Source: Nemertoderma westbladi (taxonomy: Eukaryota; Animalia; Xenacoelomorpha). From it: a DNA stretch of 64,000 nucleotides. This document shows positions 22,778 through 34,929 of this stretch, piece after piece. A program made the position numbers and the translations under genes. The stretch's first letter is position 1. Each line of letters begins with the position of its first letter. Below the pieces are notes generated by a model. The model saw nothing but the letters and a program-made list of their open reading frames with translations. It ran no database searches and was not told where the DNA came from. Where the stretch lies: positions 62,001-126,000 of the forward strand of contig JAUCBJ010001771.1 in assembly GCA_032718475.1 (NCBI GenBank). Reading direction: 5' to 3'.

Positions 22778-23889
22778 ATACCATATAAATCAAATATAAA
22801 ATTAGCTTATTGATATAAATTCAAAATGCAGTCCTTGTTATTGTTCGCGCTTTCAGACCTTTAGCAGTTTAACCTGCCAAATTTAGAAACTAACATCTTA
22901 TTCAGTATAGCGCAATCAATCATGCAAGGGTGAGTCATACAAAGCCAACTTGAATGACGGGGTTTTGTGGGTAGAAAAATATAAGATAAATAATATAAAA
23001 CAAAGTTAGTATATGCGGCTGTATACAGCACAATAACGAAATAAGCACATACATGTATAATATGTTTATCAATTCAACAAGGAATTTAACAAGTAACAAA
23101 ATAACGGAAATAAGATTTTCCAGGAGCATAGTTTAGTGTAGCCTAGCAACCAGTCCATAATCCGCTCGATGGCAAAACAGAAGCCTGGAAGCAGCGATTA
23201 TTCAGTTGCGGATAATTCCGATCCCGTGTTTTTCCATTGATTTAAAGTCATCAGGTGTTAGAAGTTCCTTAGCTGCTGAGGATATTTTAATTTCGTTGAC
23301 GTCCTTGCAACAGAGTTAATTAAAGTGGAGATATTGGAACCCCGGTTTGGTTTGTATCTGTCCGCCAAATGAAAACGACAACATCGCCCAACACTTCACA
23401 ATGGTTGCGTCCGATTGCTTAAAGTTGTATGAGCAGCTGTGGCACTTACTGACAAAAGTATGTTTTGCCTATGCCTGGTGCCAGGCCAGTACGAGTACAT
23501 CAGTACCGGTACTACACTACTACAGTGCTTACTGCAGTACGCAATACAATACTGCAATACAGTACAGCAGTACCTACTGCCTACAGCTTATCTCAGTATC
23601 TCCACACCATGCAACTGCTGAACTGTCTGACAGTTGAGAACTGGCAGACTGGTTTTGCAGGTTCGGTCGGATTAGCCGGTAGAGCTACCGGTACCTCAGT
23701 AGCAGTACCTAACACTGTAACACTAGGCCTATATTACTGTATTAATCTGTTAATAATTGCACATTGTATGGCTGTATGGGTATGGCTATCTCATGATCTC
23801 TGTATCTGCTGATCTGCTTATATCAGTATCAAGGCCTACTAGAGAAACAGGCCTGGAATCCGAGATCAAGCCAATTCTATTGAAGGCCT

Positions 23890-24150
23890 AATAATCCAAT
23901 GTGTGTGTGTGTGTCCGGAGCTCTACAGCCCGCATTTCTAAACCAATCTGATCGAGTAAGGTATCAAACGAAGCAGAATTGTCATACGATGCTCACCGCC
24001 CAAAAACATTTTGGTATTCTAGAACTTTTTTTTAGCTATTAAAATAGCTATTATTGTAAATTGCAATTTTTCATGTGTAAACCATAGGCTATTATATACT
24101 ACTACTTCTACTTGGGACTACGTTAGGAGGACAAGCTGTCCGCCGCTAGC
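23890..24150 (+). mobile_element. Short non-autonomous Helitron-like insert within the P element
   Basis: (TG)n microsatellite near the 5' end; 3' hairpin GGACAAGCTGTCC followed by CTAG at ~24146-24149. Confidence 0.4.
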
Positions 24151-24402
24151 GCTATTCTAGAACATAGATAAATAAAGGTAATAGGATTTATTAATAATAT
24201 TAATATAATAATAATAAACTGGAATATAATTTTTTTGATGAAATGGATGAACCCACCGCAAAAATCGGTCGGTCTGCATGTTAGTAATTGATGTCCTGTT
24301 GTAATTTCACAATTAAGTAATATAATAATAATATGTACTGCTTAAGAATTACACTCAAGAGTTAAAAAAATATTAAATATAGTTATAGTACCGGTATAGG
24401 TT

Positions 24403-24596
24403 TATATTATAGCATCCACTTCATTGTCGGTCAACGTGATGTCAACACACGAGGAACACTTGTGCTTCCCAAGTTCACTTGAACATTCAACCTCCAGTTC
24501 TGTGTATAGTTTCGCTCGATCAATGCGGTGGGTAAAGAAAACTTCGGCTACGCTTATATGGTAATTTCCCCCAGCAGATTGGTGAAAGTGCCCAAA
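24403..24596 (-). pseudogene. P-type transposase C-terminal fragment
   Basis: Hand translation FGHFHQSAGGNYHISVAEVF...HKCSSC resembles the FGxxRQxxGGNYxISV motif that follows the last catalytic residue in P/THAP9-like transposases. Confidence 0.6.
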
Positions 24597-24653
24597 TTAA
24601 TTAAAATTATAATTAATTAAAATAAATTTAAATAAATTAATTTATTAATTAAA

Positions 24654-25089
24654 TTAATTAAATAAATTAATTTTATCGTTGGCAAGGAAATCCGACATCT
24701 CGTCAATATCCGGATTGCGTTTAGAAGAACTTGCGCGCGTCGTTGAGCGTGGAGGGGCTGGAGGCGTTGGGATGGAGAGCAGAGGAACATTTGGGAATAC
24801 CGACGGCGGTTCCGCCGGCACTGGGTATCTCCCGGAATGATGTTTCGTTGTCATCTCTTCGGGCCAGTGCTTCCGACAAACTCCCATGAAGCATGAAACT
24901 CGTAACCTTGCGCGGATCTACGATATTCGGAAGTTGCCGCAACCACGTTTGCAATTCCACAGGATCTTTCGGAAACGCGTAGACCGTAATCGGTGAGGAA
25001 TTCTCCTCCCCGTCGTCCATACCGGTCAGTTTATCCTTCACGTTCGCATAACCAGTTCTGCAACCGCCGACGGAACACTTCCTTCCCAT
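24654..25089 (-). pseudogene. THAP DNA-binding domain of a P-type transposase (one frameshift near 24890)
   Basis: MGRKCSVGGC...YAFPKD...W...VCRKHWP...PPSVFP is the C2CH THAP signature, split over ORFs 25089-24721 and 24887-24654. Confidence 0.85.
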
Positions 25090-25552
25090 CGAGTTAACGG
25101 TCGTACAGTCGTATCAGGTTGTCACTTTGGTAGTTTATTCGGGTAGACTCTCGTGTATTCAGGTAAACACTCGAGCAGTCAGGTAGGAAGAGTAAACGAT
25201 AACATAATTCAGTGCAGTACAGCAGTAGGTAGTTCAAGATTTGTAAACTATAGGCCTACAGTATACGGTACCGGTATCAGAATTCTAGGCCTTCAATAAT
25301 GAAGGCCTGTAGGCTGGCTGCCAGGCCTGTTTCTCTAGTAGGCCTTGATCAGTATGCAGTAGGCCTATATTCCAGTATTCTGATATTACCGGTCCTACAT
25401 ACAGACATATAATGAAAATCATTTCATCCCGTTCAGCCGTTTTTCATTCTGTTATTAGGGTCTACAGGTCTACCTACTAGAAACAATTTGGTTGAATCTC
25501 TTAACATTAACATGCGTTTTGGTTTTCTCAGTCTTTCTACAGTTCTAAATTT

Positions 25553-26237
25553 CGGTCCTACGAATTAGGCCTACGGGCCTACCCAAAAAAAACACAAAAT
25601 TACCCAAAAATACACAAAAAAAACACAAAAAAAATACAAAAAAACACAAAAATTTCAGAATTTGCCCAAAAAACATAATAAAACACAAAAAAACACAATA
25701 TTACCCAAAAAACTTACCCAACAGCCCAAAAAGACAACAATAATTTATATCCTATAGGGTTGGAAAACTAAGACTGTAACCTGTGTTATTTGCTTATCGT
25801 TTAATGTTTTGGTTAGAAAAGCCTGCTACTGTAGGACCTGCCACATGCACCTTTCCATTTTAAGAAATCTGATTTTGTATGCTGTCTGACAGTATGGGCG
25901 GGTAGGCTTACCGGTAAACCGGTGGCAGTAGGTCATTAAAGGAATCTTCAAATGAACAAAATGTAATATTTTGAAAAAAGTGAAAATTGAAAACTGAAGA
26001 GTGAAACTCTATGTAATATTTTGAAATAATTGAAAACTGAAGAGTGAAACTCTTCTTACAATTAACCTAAATCTTATTGTATAGGCCTATACATTGTTTA
26101 TGAAAAACATTTTCTTTTTTTGTCTTTTTGGCTGTTTGGTTAGTTTTTTTTGGGTAATACAGTAATAGGCCTATTGTGTTTTTTTGTGTAATTTTTTGTA
26201 TTTTTTTTTGTGTATTTTTGGGTAATTCGTAGGACCC
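25553..26237. mobile_element. MITE with long TIRs (Merlin/MULE-like, superfamily uncertain)
   Basis: GGTCCTACGAATTA / TAATTCGTAGGACC termini, inverted subterminal ACCCAAAAA-ACACAAAA arrays, 8-bp TSD CTAAATTT (25545-25552 and 26238-26245). Confidence 0.78.
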
Positions 26238-26882
26238 CTAAATTTTGACACAAATTCTATTTTTCATCTGTCTGTCCTGCTGTCTGTCACACTCACACCG
26301 TTTCTCACACTTCTGAACTTTAATGCACGCTTGCCTGCTTGCTGCCTTGTGGTGATGTTCACGTTGTCAAATATTATTACGTTGTCAAATATTATTACCG
26401 GTACGTTTAGTTCCATTTCAGCCTTTGAAGCATGTGATTCTTTAGTTTTGTTCATGCCTATACCAATACCAGTCTGCCAGTACGGTAGGGCCTATCTGTT
26501 ACAGACTCATCCATCTGTCTATTAACATATTAACAACATATCATATACATTCTGACATTTCATTGACTAATGTTTATAAATCATCACAACTCGACAAGGG
26601 TAAACAAGCAGTAACTGAAACTGACAGGGCTACACAATAATAATTGTTGCCAAAATGGTAACCATTATTTTTCTTTAATTCTAATGGTTGCAAAACAGCA
26701 AAAATGGCAATAATTATTTTAGGCACATTTCGGCCTTGGGCTTGGGGTTGTATTGCTAAGAGAAATGCAGACGATGATTTTTTTTCTTATACGGTCAATT
26801 ATATTTAAATTTCGCGCTCTTTTCACTTACCTATTTACCAAAATGCGATTTTGCTTCTGGGCGTGCGAAAATTAGAATAACT

Positions 26883-26950
26883 AAAAGTTGCCAGATTTGG
26901 CAATAAACATTGCCATATGTGGCAACTTTTGAGGTTGCCAGATTTGGCCA
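26883..26950. promoter_or_regulatory. Cluster of GTTGCCA motifs upstream of SON (possible promoter element or hAT relic)
   Basis: AAAAGTTGCCA...TGGCAACTTTT palindrome plus two direct GTTGCCAGATTTGGC copies about 900 bp upstream of the SON ATG. Confidence 0.3.
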
Positions 26951-27846
26951 TTGTACCTACAGACCTAACTGATATTAGCATGTATAATTCAAGGAACGAA
27001 AACCAAAGGCTGAAAGGTCGTCTTTTTTACTCTCCATTTACAGATTTAGATTACATTTTGAATATGCCACACAAACCACAAACTGACATAGTGATAATTG
27101 TAATATTGCAGTATTGCATATTGGGCATACAACCGTTTCTTCTTAACCTATCAGCCTATCTGCCCATAAAGTGCCATAACATCACTTGTGCTTGTGCACT
27201 TGTGTCCATAACGGTGGTGACACAAACCTTAGGAATCATTATTATACTGTATAAATTAATTTGTATCATAGGTAGGATGTAATTATAATTATACTGTAAT
27301 CAGGTAATGTACACATAATAACAACCAAAATATCAGCTTACAATACTACATAGAACAGTAGAACGTACCGGTACCGTATGGCTGCCTACATATAATCTAC
27401 AAAATTTGAAAAATAATGTTTATGTACTCTTGCACTTTTCATTTTAGCACCGAACGCGAACATGGTTGTGATTGGTGTATTCAACTGTAGAATTTAAAAA
27501 GCCTTCCATCTGTCCATTGAAATCGGCGCACCAGAAAACCTGTATGTACAGTAGGTCAAGCGGTCAAGGTATCCTATTCAATCATTGTAAATGTACCTAG
27601 ATCAATAGATGTATTAATTTCAGTCAGTATATGCATGCCTCAACACGACATTATTATTTCAGTAGGCCTACACTACATTCTGATATTGGACTTGCGGTTC
27701 AATTAGCTGATTATACACAAATTATTACCTTACATTCCCAATTCTTACCTAACTGCCTAATTTATCATTTCTGCAATTCAATAAGCCCTATGCCTACTGC
27801 CTACTCCAATTCAAAGTAGAAAAGTGAGTCATAGCTAGCTGGTAAT

Positions 27847-30477
27847 ATGAGTACCGATGTTAATGACATTTTCTCTGACTACTTGTCATCTAAAGTCAAG
27901 GAAGCTCAAAGAGATGAAAAGTCTAAAAAATCTAAAAAAAGTAGCAAACGTGTGGACCTGGAAGATTTAGATTATGATGAGAAAGGTCTAGACAGTGATG
28001 TTGACGAAAGTAAAAAACATAAGAAAGCCAAAAAGGAAAAAAAGAAAAGCAAGCATTCTTCCCATAAGGAGTCTCCTGAGGGTGTGTATGAGAAAGATAA
28101 ATATAGTAAATCTGAAAGGAATTATGATAGCAGATCATCGTATTCATCAACCAATACAAGTAGCCAAGGCCGAACATATCCATCTTATACTTCACATCAT
28201 CCCTCTGATGGAAGGCATTGGAAGCCATCATCATATGACCGTGATCAATACTCCCGTCCATCGTATGGTTATCCTGGCAAGTCTGGAGATGGCTATTACA
28301 GAGCAGGTTATGGCAGTGATTACAGAAGTTGGAATGATAGTTCTCGTTACGCTAAGGATCAACCGGATAGCGCCCCTTCCAAAAGATATAAAAGCACTGG
28401 TAACTCTTCTGATACTGATGAAGAAAATCTACGAATAGCCAAAGAAAGAGGTCCACTTAGTGGTTCTAGTAAAAGTAAGCACTCGCATGCCTCAAAAAGT
28501 GTTACATCATTTCCTACAAGCGATGACAATAATCTGTCTCTATCCAGTGAACATAAAGACAAGAAATCTTCTAAAAAACATAAAGATAAAAAGAGAAAGC
28601 ATAAGCACAGAGATAAATCTCCTGATGGAGGTGTCTCGAAGGTTGTTCCTATTGCCCTGTATTCTGATGACGAGGCCTGTGGACCTCAACCTGGTACTCC
28701 GGCCACAAACAACTACCACCAATCTATTGACTCCATTGAAGCTACAACTGCTGGTAATAAACGCCTTGAAGATGATATGTCGCATGTAGCCAAACCTGTT
28801 AACGAACGTGATAGTAACCATGTTACCTCTCATGAAGATGACTCTATAAACAATACTCGTACGTTAGAGGGAGGGAATGCATCTGAAAGTAAAGTTACCG
28901 CGACAGAAACTGTTGATGAAGAAAATAAAGATGACCTTAAGGACTATGAAGAAGAACTAGGCTTAAAAGACACTCTAGGTGATATTGGATCAGTATCTCA
29001 GTCACTGAATGTTGATATGAAATCAAAGGAAGGTGTGGGAGGTGGAATTGGAAGTGTAACTGGGCAGTTAGTGGTTAATGATAGCGATGGAAATGCTGAA
29101 GGTTCTACGGGTGGCAAAAAGAAAAAAGACAAATCTGATAAGAAGAAAAGGAAGAAGGAAAAAAAGAAGAGAAGGAAATCGTGGTCTAGATCGCGCAGTC
29201 CCAGTCACAATGGTGAACCAGATCCGGAACATGCAGAACAGGAGTTCGTTATTGATAAGATGAAATTACTTGAGATCGCAAAAGCAAACGCCCTTAAAGC
29301 TATTAAAGAAGGTCAATTTTATAACAATATGAATACAAGTGATTTAGCAGCTTTAGAGAGAAAGCTTGCTGCTAATAAGTCTGTCGAGGACTTTACCCGC
29401 TTATGTGAGGAAATATCGGTTAGGGAAGAACAGGAGGATGCGTATCTGAAAGCTAATGAAGATGGATCTGATGACGAAGAAGAAGAAGATATAACAAATG
29501 GGTTTGTTAAGCACCCCTTCCGCATTAAAGATGCCACAATGATAATGAATATTCGCCACTCCATAGCGCGACAGAACCAACCGTTTAAACCGTATATTCC
29601 CCCGAAAGAAGTAACCCAATCTTTTCCTGTTTCGTCTGGCCAGCAACATCGCAAGAAAGAAGTTGAAATAGAGAAAGCCGTTTCCGCTGGTCACAACCCG
29701 GAGGAGGTTATCGGTTCTGCCAACGTAGACTTCCCAAGTATCGATAAACTGCCACCAGTCTCAGAAATTGTTTCGAATAAAATCGCGGCTCAAAAAGTCT
29801 TAAAGGGTAATGCCAATGATTGGGCGGCCCAATTAACTTTACATAAGGCGGAACAGCAACTACAGACCTGGGCGCAGGCCTCACCAGTCCCTGGCATGTT
29901 TACTGGAACGACTAGCGCTAACCTATTGACGTTTCGTGAGATTGAGGGTACAGGGCAGCAGGCGTGGGCTCGAAAGGATATGTTCCATAACCTGCGACCG
30001 ATACGCGAGGGCTATGGTATGCGCATGTTGGTTAAAATGGGTTGGTTGCCAGGCAAACCTATTGGGAAGACTATGTTTGGTGCTTTGGAACCTGTGGCAG
30101 TTGAAGTGAAGAGTGATAGAAAAGGCCTCGCTTCATTCGATGAAAAGGTTTTAGTGAAAAAGAACCCAATCCCTAATGTAACTTCGCTTGGTATACCCAG
30201 CGTGCGCGGCAAACATCCAGTGACAGCATTAATCGAGTTTACGAAACGTAATCGGTTGGGGCCTCCGGAGTTTACTTTACTTTATGAAGGCGGGGCGGAT
30301 CATAGGAAGATATTCCAGATGAAGGTTCGTATAGGAACTACGGAATACCAGCCGTCGATTACAAGTCCAAATAAAAAGGAAGCGAAAGCGGTCGCCGCAT
30401 TGGCTGCTCTACAAGCCTTGGGAGTTTCATTAGATATGATCGCCCAACTTTGTCAAAATGCCCAATCTTCCGTGTAG
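27847..30477 (+). CDS. SON: Protein SON homologue (splicing cofactor; RS/K-rich, G-patch, DSRM), 876 aa, single-exon CDS
   Basis: IDKMKLLEIAKANA, FPVSSGQQHR, QAWARKD, G-patch GYGMRMLVKMGWLPGKPIGK...DRKGL and C-terminal DSRM KHPVTALIE...PPEF...NKKEAKA match the conserved SON C-terminus. Confidence 0.93.
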   Translation: MSTDVNDIFSDYLSSKVKEAQRDEKSKKSKKSSKRVDLEDLDYDEKGLDSDVDESKKHKKAKKEKKKSKHSSHKESPEGVYEKDKYSKSERNYDSRSSYSSTNTSSQGRTYPSYTSHHPSDGRHWKPSSYDRDQYSRPSYGYPGKSGDGYYRAGYGSDYRSWNDSSRYAKDQPDSAPSKRYKSTGNSSDTDEENLRIAKERGPLSGSSKSKHSHASKSVTSFPTSDDNNLSLSSEHKDKKSSKKHKDKKRKHKHRDKSPDGGVSKVVPIALYSDDEACGPQPGTPATNNYHQSIDSIEATTAGNKRLEDDMSHVAKPVNERDSNHVTSHEDDSINNTRTLEGGNASESKVTATETVDEENKDDLKDYEEELGLKDTLGDIGSVSQSLNVDMKSKEGVGGGIGSVTGQLVVNDSDGNAEGSTGGKKKKDKSDKKKRKKEKKKRRKSWSRSRSPSHNGEPDPEHAEQEFVIDKMKLLEIAKANALKAIKEGQFYNNMNTSDLAALERKLAANKSVEDFTRLCEEISVREEQEDAYLKANEDGSDDEEEEDITNGFVKHPFRIKDATMIMNIRHSIARQNQPFKPYIPPKEVTQSFPVSSGQQHRKKEVEIEKAVSAGHNPEEVIGSANVDFPSIDKLPPVSEIVSNKIAAQKVLKGNANDWAAQLTLHKAEQQLQTWAQASPVPGMFTGTTSANLLTFREIEGTGQQAWARKDMFHNLRPIREGYGMRMLVKMGWLPGKPIGKTMFGALEPVAVEVKSDRKGLASFDEKVLVKKNPIPNVTSLGIPSVRGKHPVTALIEFTKRNRLGPPEFTLLYEGGADHRKIFQMKVRIGTTEYQPSITSPNKKEAKAVAALAALQALGVSLDMIAQLCQNAQSSV

Positions 30478-33400
30478 AAACGGGATATTTCATGGATTTT
30501 ATTTCAAATTTGTGCTTTTTATTGATCTAACAATTCAATTCCTCATGGGGTTCTGTGCATGCTGTGTAGTAAAAACATTACACGTCCCACGAAGATATGG
30601 ACAATTAGACTTGCGGAGTTTGCCATATTATACTGATTAATGATGATGTTGATATTGGACACTGAAACTTGTATTAGCTTATTTGTATAATAATACGTTC
30701 ATTGGCTTTAAATTTTAAATATCTTTAACATTTAACGAGCTGAATGATAATTTAGTTTAAAAGAAATGTGTTCGGCATCGATTAAATATGTAGTAAAGAT
30801 TGAGTTACCTGTTTGTATTTACTCACTTCGACAATGACAAAGGAAAGCATAACATTAAGATTAACATGCATTATTATTAACATATATACATATATACCTA
30901 TTGTGTAGATGGTTTATGTTTAATGCAGGCAGGTAATGCAGCATATCAGTTTAGTCCAGATATCCTTGTCGCCTCTTACTTATATTAAATGTCTGGGATA
31001 TGCCAGAATTTGTGTAGTATTGTTTAACAATTTCCGGTTTATTGAAATTGAAATAATTAAATATTTGAAACTTGTTATATATTTATACTTGTTGTTTCCC
31101 GCATATTTAACTTGAAATGCTACAGATTCCATGACCTTATTATTTATTCATTACCTTGAAATAAAGATAGATATGGAAAAAATGAGGCCTTAAACGCTCT
31201 ACTATTGATTCTATTTATACGAATCCATACTACTAGGATCGGCATGCTGCATTGCAGCTGCATTTTTAAGAGTGCTGTGCCGGCTTACGAATCTATGCTT
31301 CAGCCTAAAACTGTGTTGCTCAAGGTGCACTGTGTACATAACGCACCGTAGTGCCGCACCTATACCATTTGCCTGCATCCCATCGGGTTTAGTATTACAA
31401 GATGACCCGTTATGATATGAATGAGAATGTTATTCTTCATAGATGAATATGAAAGATTACCATGTAATAATTTTTATTTCTTCAATCTGAACAACTGTAT
31501 TCTAATTCCAAAATAAACAATTCTATTAGCGATTATCTACAATGTAATTTTATTTTATATATACTTGGTTTATTTATTTTAATTTTGATCTTTTGTCATT
31601 TTGTCACTCTTTGTTTGCTTGAATTAATTTATTTGTAGCAAATCTGTAAAATAGATGCATTTTCATATGTTTTTTGACGTAAAGTATTCTTTATAGGCTA
31701 TCTATAATGCGGGGCGATTTATTTAGATGTAGGCTTTTTATGTATTTGTGCCCTTGGACTAGGTAGACTTTCTGTATATTATTCACCGCCATCAATACTG
31801 GAGTGATTAATTTCAGCTGGATATGTTTCGGATTACCAACAACGATGTTTCGGTTTGGTGTTTGCCTTCGTCTCCGTTACCACGTGATGGAAATTATTTG
31901 TATAATATAATGTGGATATTACGTTTGTAATGCAGTTGAAAAATGGTTGTGCCACCAAGACCAACCCTATTATCTGGAGATCTTTTACGTTGGTTCATGT
32001 CATAATTGATGTTTCAAATAAGAATTAGCTGTCTCACCTACGATCTTACGTAGGGCGTAGACATAGGGGTGTGCGTGTGTGAAATGGAACTCAAATTGTA
32101 GTTTTACTTTTGGTAGTTATATATAATTTAAATTCTTATATGGTAGACTGACACTACATATTCAAACTGGTATGTACTGTATGTATAATTTATATATACC
32201 AATGTGTACTAAATAACTTACATTTAGTACGCCTTGATTATCGTTGTTAATCGTTATCATCGTTATCAATTATCAAATCAAATTGATTTGATTATTGTTA
32301 CCATTAACGCGATAGTAATACGTATATTGTTATAATGCATTGAAGATATACAGTTCAACTTGAAAATTTTATGTTTTTTATTTTGTATCCTAAAGCAGAA
32401 ACTGTATATTAAGTCTAAATATGTAATTCTAACAACAATAACAATAAAAAACAAACAATAATTGAATAACCAGGTTCTTAAAAAATGGTGCTTTCCCTTC
32501 CCCATCGCATCTAGGAGTAATCAAAATTTTTTAGAATCAGTTTCTGGTTTCTATAGAGTAGATCATCCAAAGTCCTGTATAAACTTACAATACACAACGT
32601 AAAGTACTGGTATATGCAAGTAGAGTCAGCTAATTTTTATATGTAAAATATATACATTAATTTTTTAATTCAATTATGACATCAACTAACACCGAATTGC
32701 TCGGCTGAGTAGATTGACTGACCACGACTCATCTCCAGTTGTAATGCATTCGTACGGATTCGGATGCGATTCGGTTCGATGCGGAAGGTGGATTAATTAT
32801 ACAATCAACGTAACTATCCGTTATTATACATCATGTGCGAGTATTAGTCATAGTCAATCTACCGAGGATTTGAGATGACTTGCTGTAGTCCCTCAATAGT
32901 GGCCGAAGTTGTTGAGATTCAAAATTTAATTATTTTATTAATACTTTCATATATTAACGTTGGGAATGACAATTATTTAAAATTATTGTCTACCTCTGCA
33001 CTTGCATAATTCCTGCGGATGATACCTTAAAAAATATTAGTAGAGCATCATCTGGGACGAATGGACAACGAAGGGTGCAATTCGGTCAAACGTCCAGTTG
33101 AAGTGTTTTCAAAGTCTACCCGTAATATCTGTATCGTAGAACTTGGGGCTAATAAAGGGGGGGGGGGGGGGGGGGGGGGTGATTTCCAACAATCTCAGAC
33201 TTTATTTTTGTACAAACTGAAATAAAAAGTATTATTTGTTTCCCAGAATTTAATACACCTTCACAAACTAGGCCGCTTCGCCTAGTAATCCTTCGGTCGC
33301 TATAATTGACTACGACTATTTGTTTTCACCTAATCAACTCAGCTTTTTGGACTGGAGCTATCCCTTCTGTATGTATATTATAGAATGGAACTGCCGGCAT

Positions 33401-34929
33401 TCCACACCGAACTGGATGGCTTTATCACATTCTCGTCGATATTATTTATTGTGAAGATATAGAAGTCGTTTACTTTCGATCATTTAGTAAACAAACCGTT
33501 ATGTTGACTTTGGATAAACGCTCTGGACTTTATTATTTAACTTAGTTTTATTTATCACTAAAACTAAAGCGCAACAGATGGAGTTATACATCGCCCTAAG
33601 CTTCTGCATAGCGCCACAAGGAGAAATGTTACCGCTCTGCCGGTGCAGTTATTTACAGGGTTCTGTTAGTATATATTTTTCGTGTGGTAACTTGAATTCA
33701 GCAGATTGTGTGGTTACTGGTTGTGGTTAGCAAGCATTTCATATTTGTGGATGTATATTATTCTGTATTTCACTAAACAGTAATAATATTAATTTTTACA
33801 CACACAAAATATATTAATAATTTATTTATTTTATATAATATATATATAACTAATAATTTTTTTTAATTATTTTTGTAGAATTTTTATAACGCCTATTCAA
33901 AATAAACAATTGACTTATTTTAATTTTTACAGCCATTTCAAAAATTCTTTGTGCTATTGTACATCATATTCTTTGCAAATAAAAATAACGTGGCGTCCTT
34001 TTTTTCAATATTGATGCAGTTTTTGTATATTACGATTTTGTATTACCGGTACTACTACTACTACTAGGTCGAGCGAAATCGGACAGTGGGAATGAGATTC
34101 TTCCAGGCTTCGAATTTAAATTTTCCAATTTGTAAATTATAATAATTTTTTTTAATTAGTTCTTGATTTTCACAAATAATGGTGAGGAACCAATTATCAT
34201 TCATCTCATTTTATAATGTTTTATTATTAACAGTTTCCACGGTCTTCCTCTTAGCTCCACCTCCATCCCAAAAGTCTGTAAGTTTAACTGCGTACAATCG
34301 CGGGTGTAGAAAGTGGTTCCTCGCGTTAGCGGGTCACTGTCATTTCTTATTGTCAGTTCTTTCTCCTTTCCAAATTAAATAATACGGATATATATACATC
34401 CACAATTAACTAAATTAACAGTTTGCGATTTAAACTGCGGGCGTCAGTGTGTATGTAAGAATATATATTTGGGTGGATGTGAAAATTGAAGATCAAAAAT
34501 CATTCCATGTCATTAGTGGTTGTAATTCAATGCAAAGTGTTGTTTACGTAATATGTTTAAGGTCGATTTAGATCAGAAAATTAAATTTATTCGTTATGCT
34601 CAAGCTCATAGTATCACCCCTAACCCTCTCATATCACCTAGGGATGGGACGGGGCCCCGGACTAAGGATTCTCCGGCCTTTTTTTTTTAGCTCCGACTCC
34701 GGGCTGCGGATTTTCTACTGTCAAAGTCGGAGCCAACCCGGAGTTAATTCACTTTCTTCAATGATTCTTAAATATTGTACCGCAAAGCATAAACTGATTA
34801 GTTGAAATCCCATTAAGTATATTTTATTGAAAAAATCTACTTTTTTCCTAAAAGCTAGAGACTTTTTTATTTTTCTTTACATTTTTTATCTTTAGGACCT
34901 ATACTAAAATATAGCACAGAGTAGGCCTA

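Larger units (their letters stand above)
17911..22835 (-). mobile_element. Full-length CR1-group LINE
   Basis: ORF1 and ORF2 on the minus strand, about 830-bp 3' UTR, (TAA)n tail at 17912-17934; TGTTATT at both flanks; 5' boundary approximate. Confidence 0.85.
23830..25347 (-). mobile_element. Internally deleted P-element-family transposon
   Basis: 27-bp perfect TIRs CAAGGCCTACTAGAGAAACAGGCCTGG, 8-bp TSD ATCAGTAT (23822-23829 and 25348-25355), subterminal inverted TATTGAAGGCCTA, internal THAP and transposase C-terminal fragments. Confidence 0.9.

Noticed and set aside
23130-23420. Coding-like minus-strand stretch (…KELLTPDDFKSMEKHGIGIIRN)
   Set aside because: Contains an in-frame stop and I could not assign it to any family.
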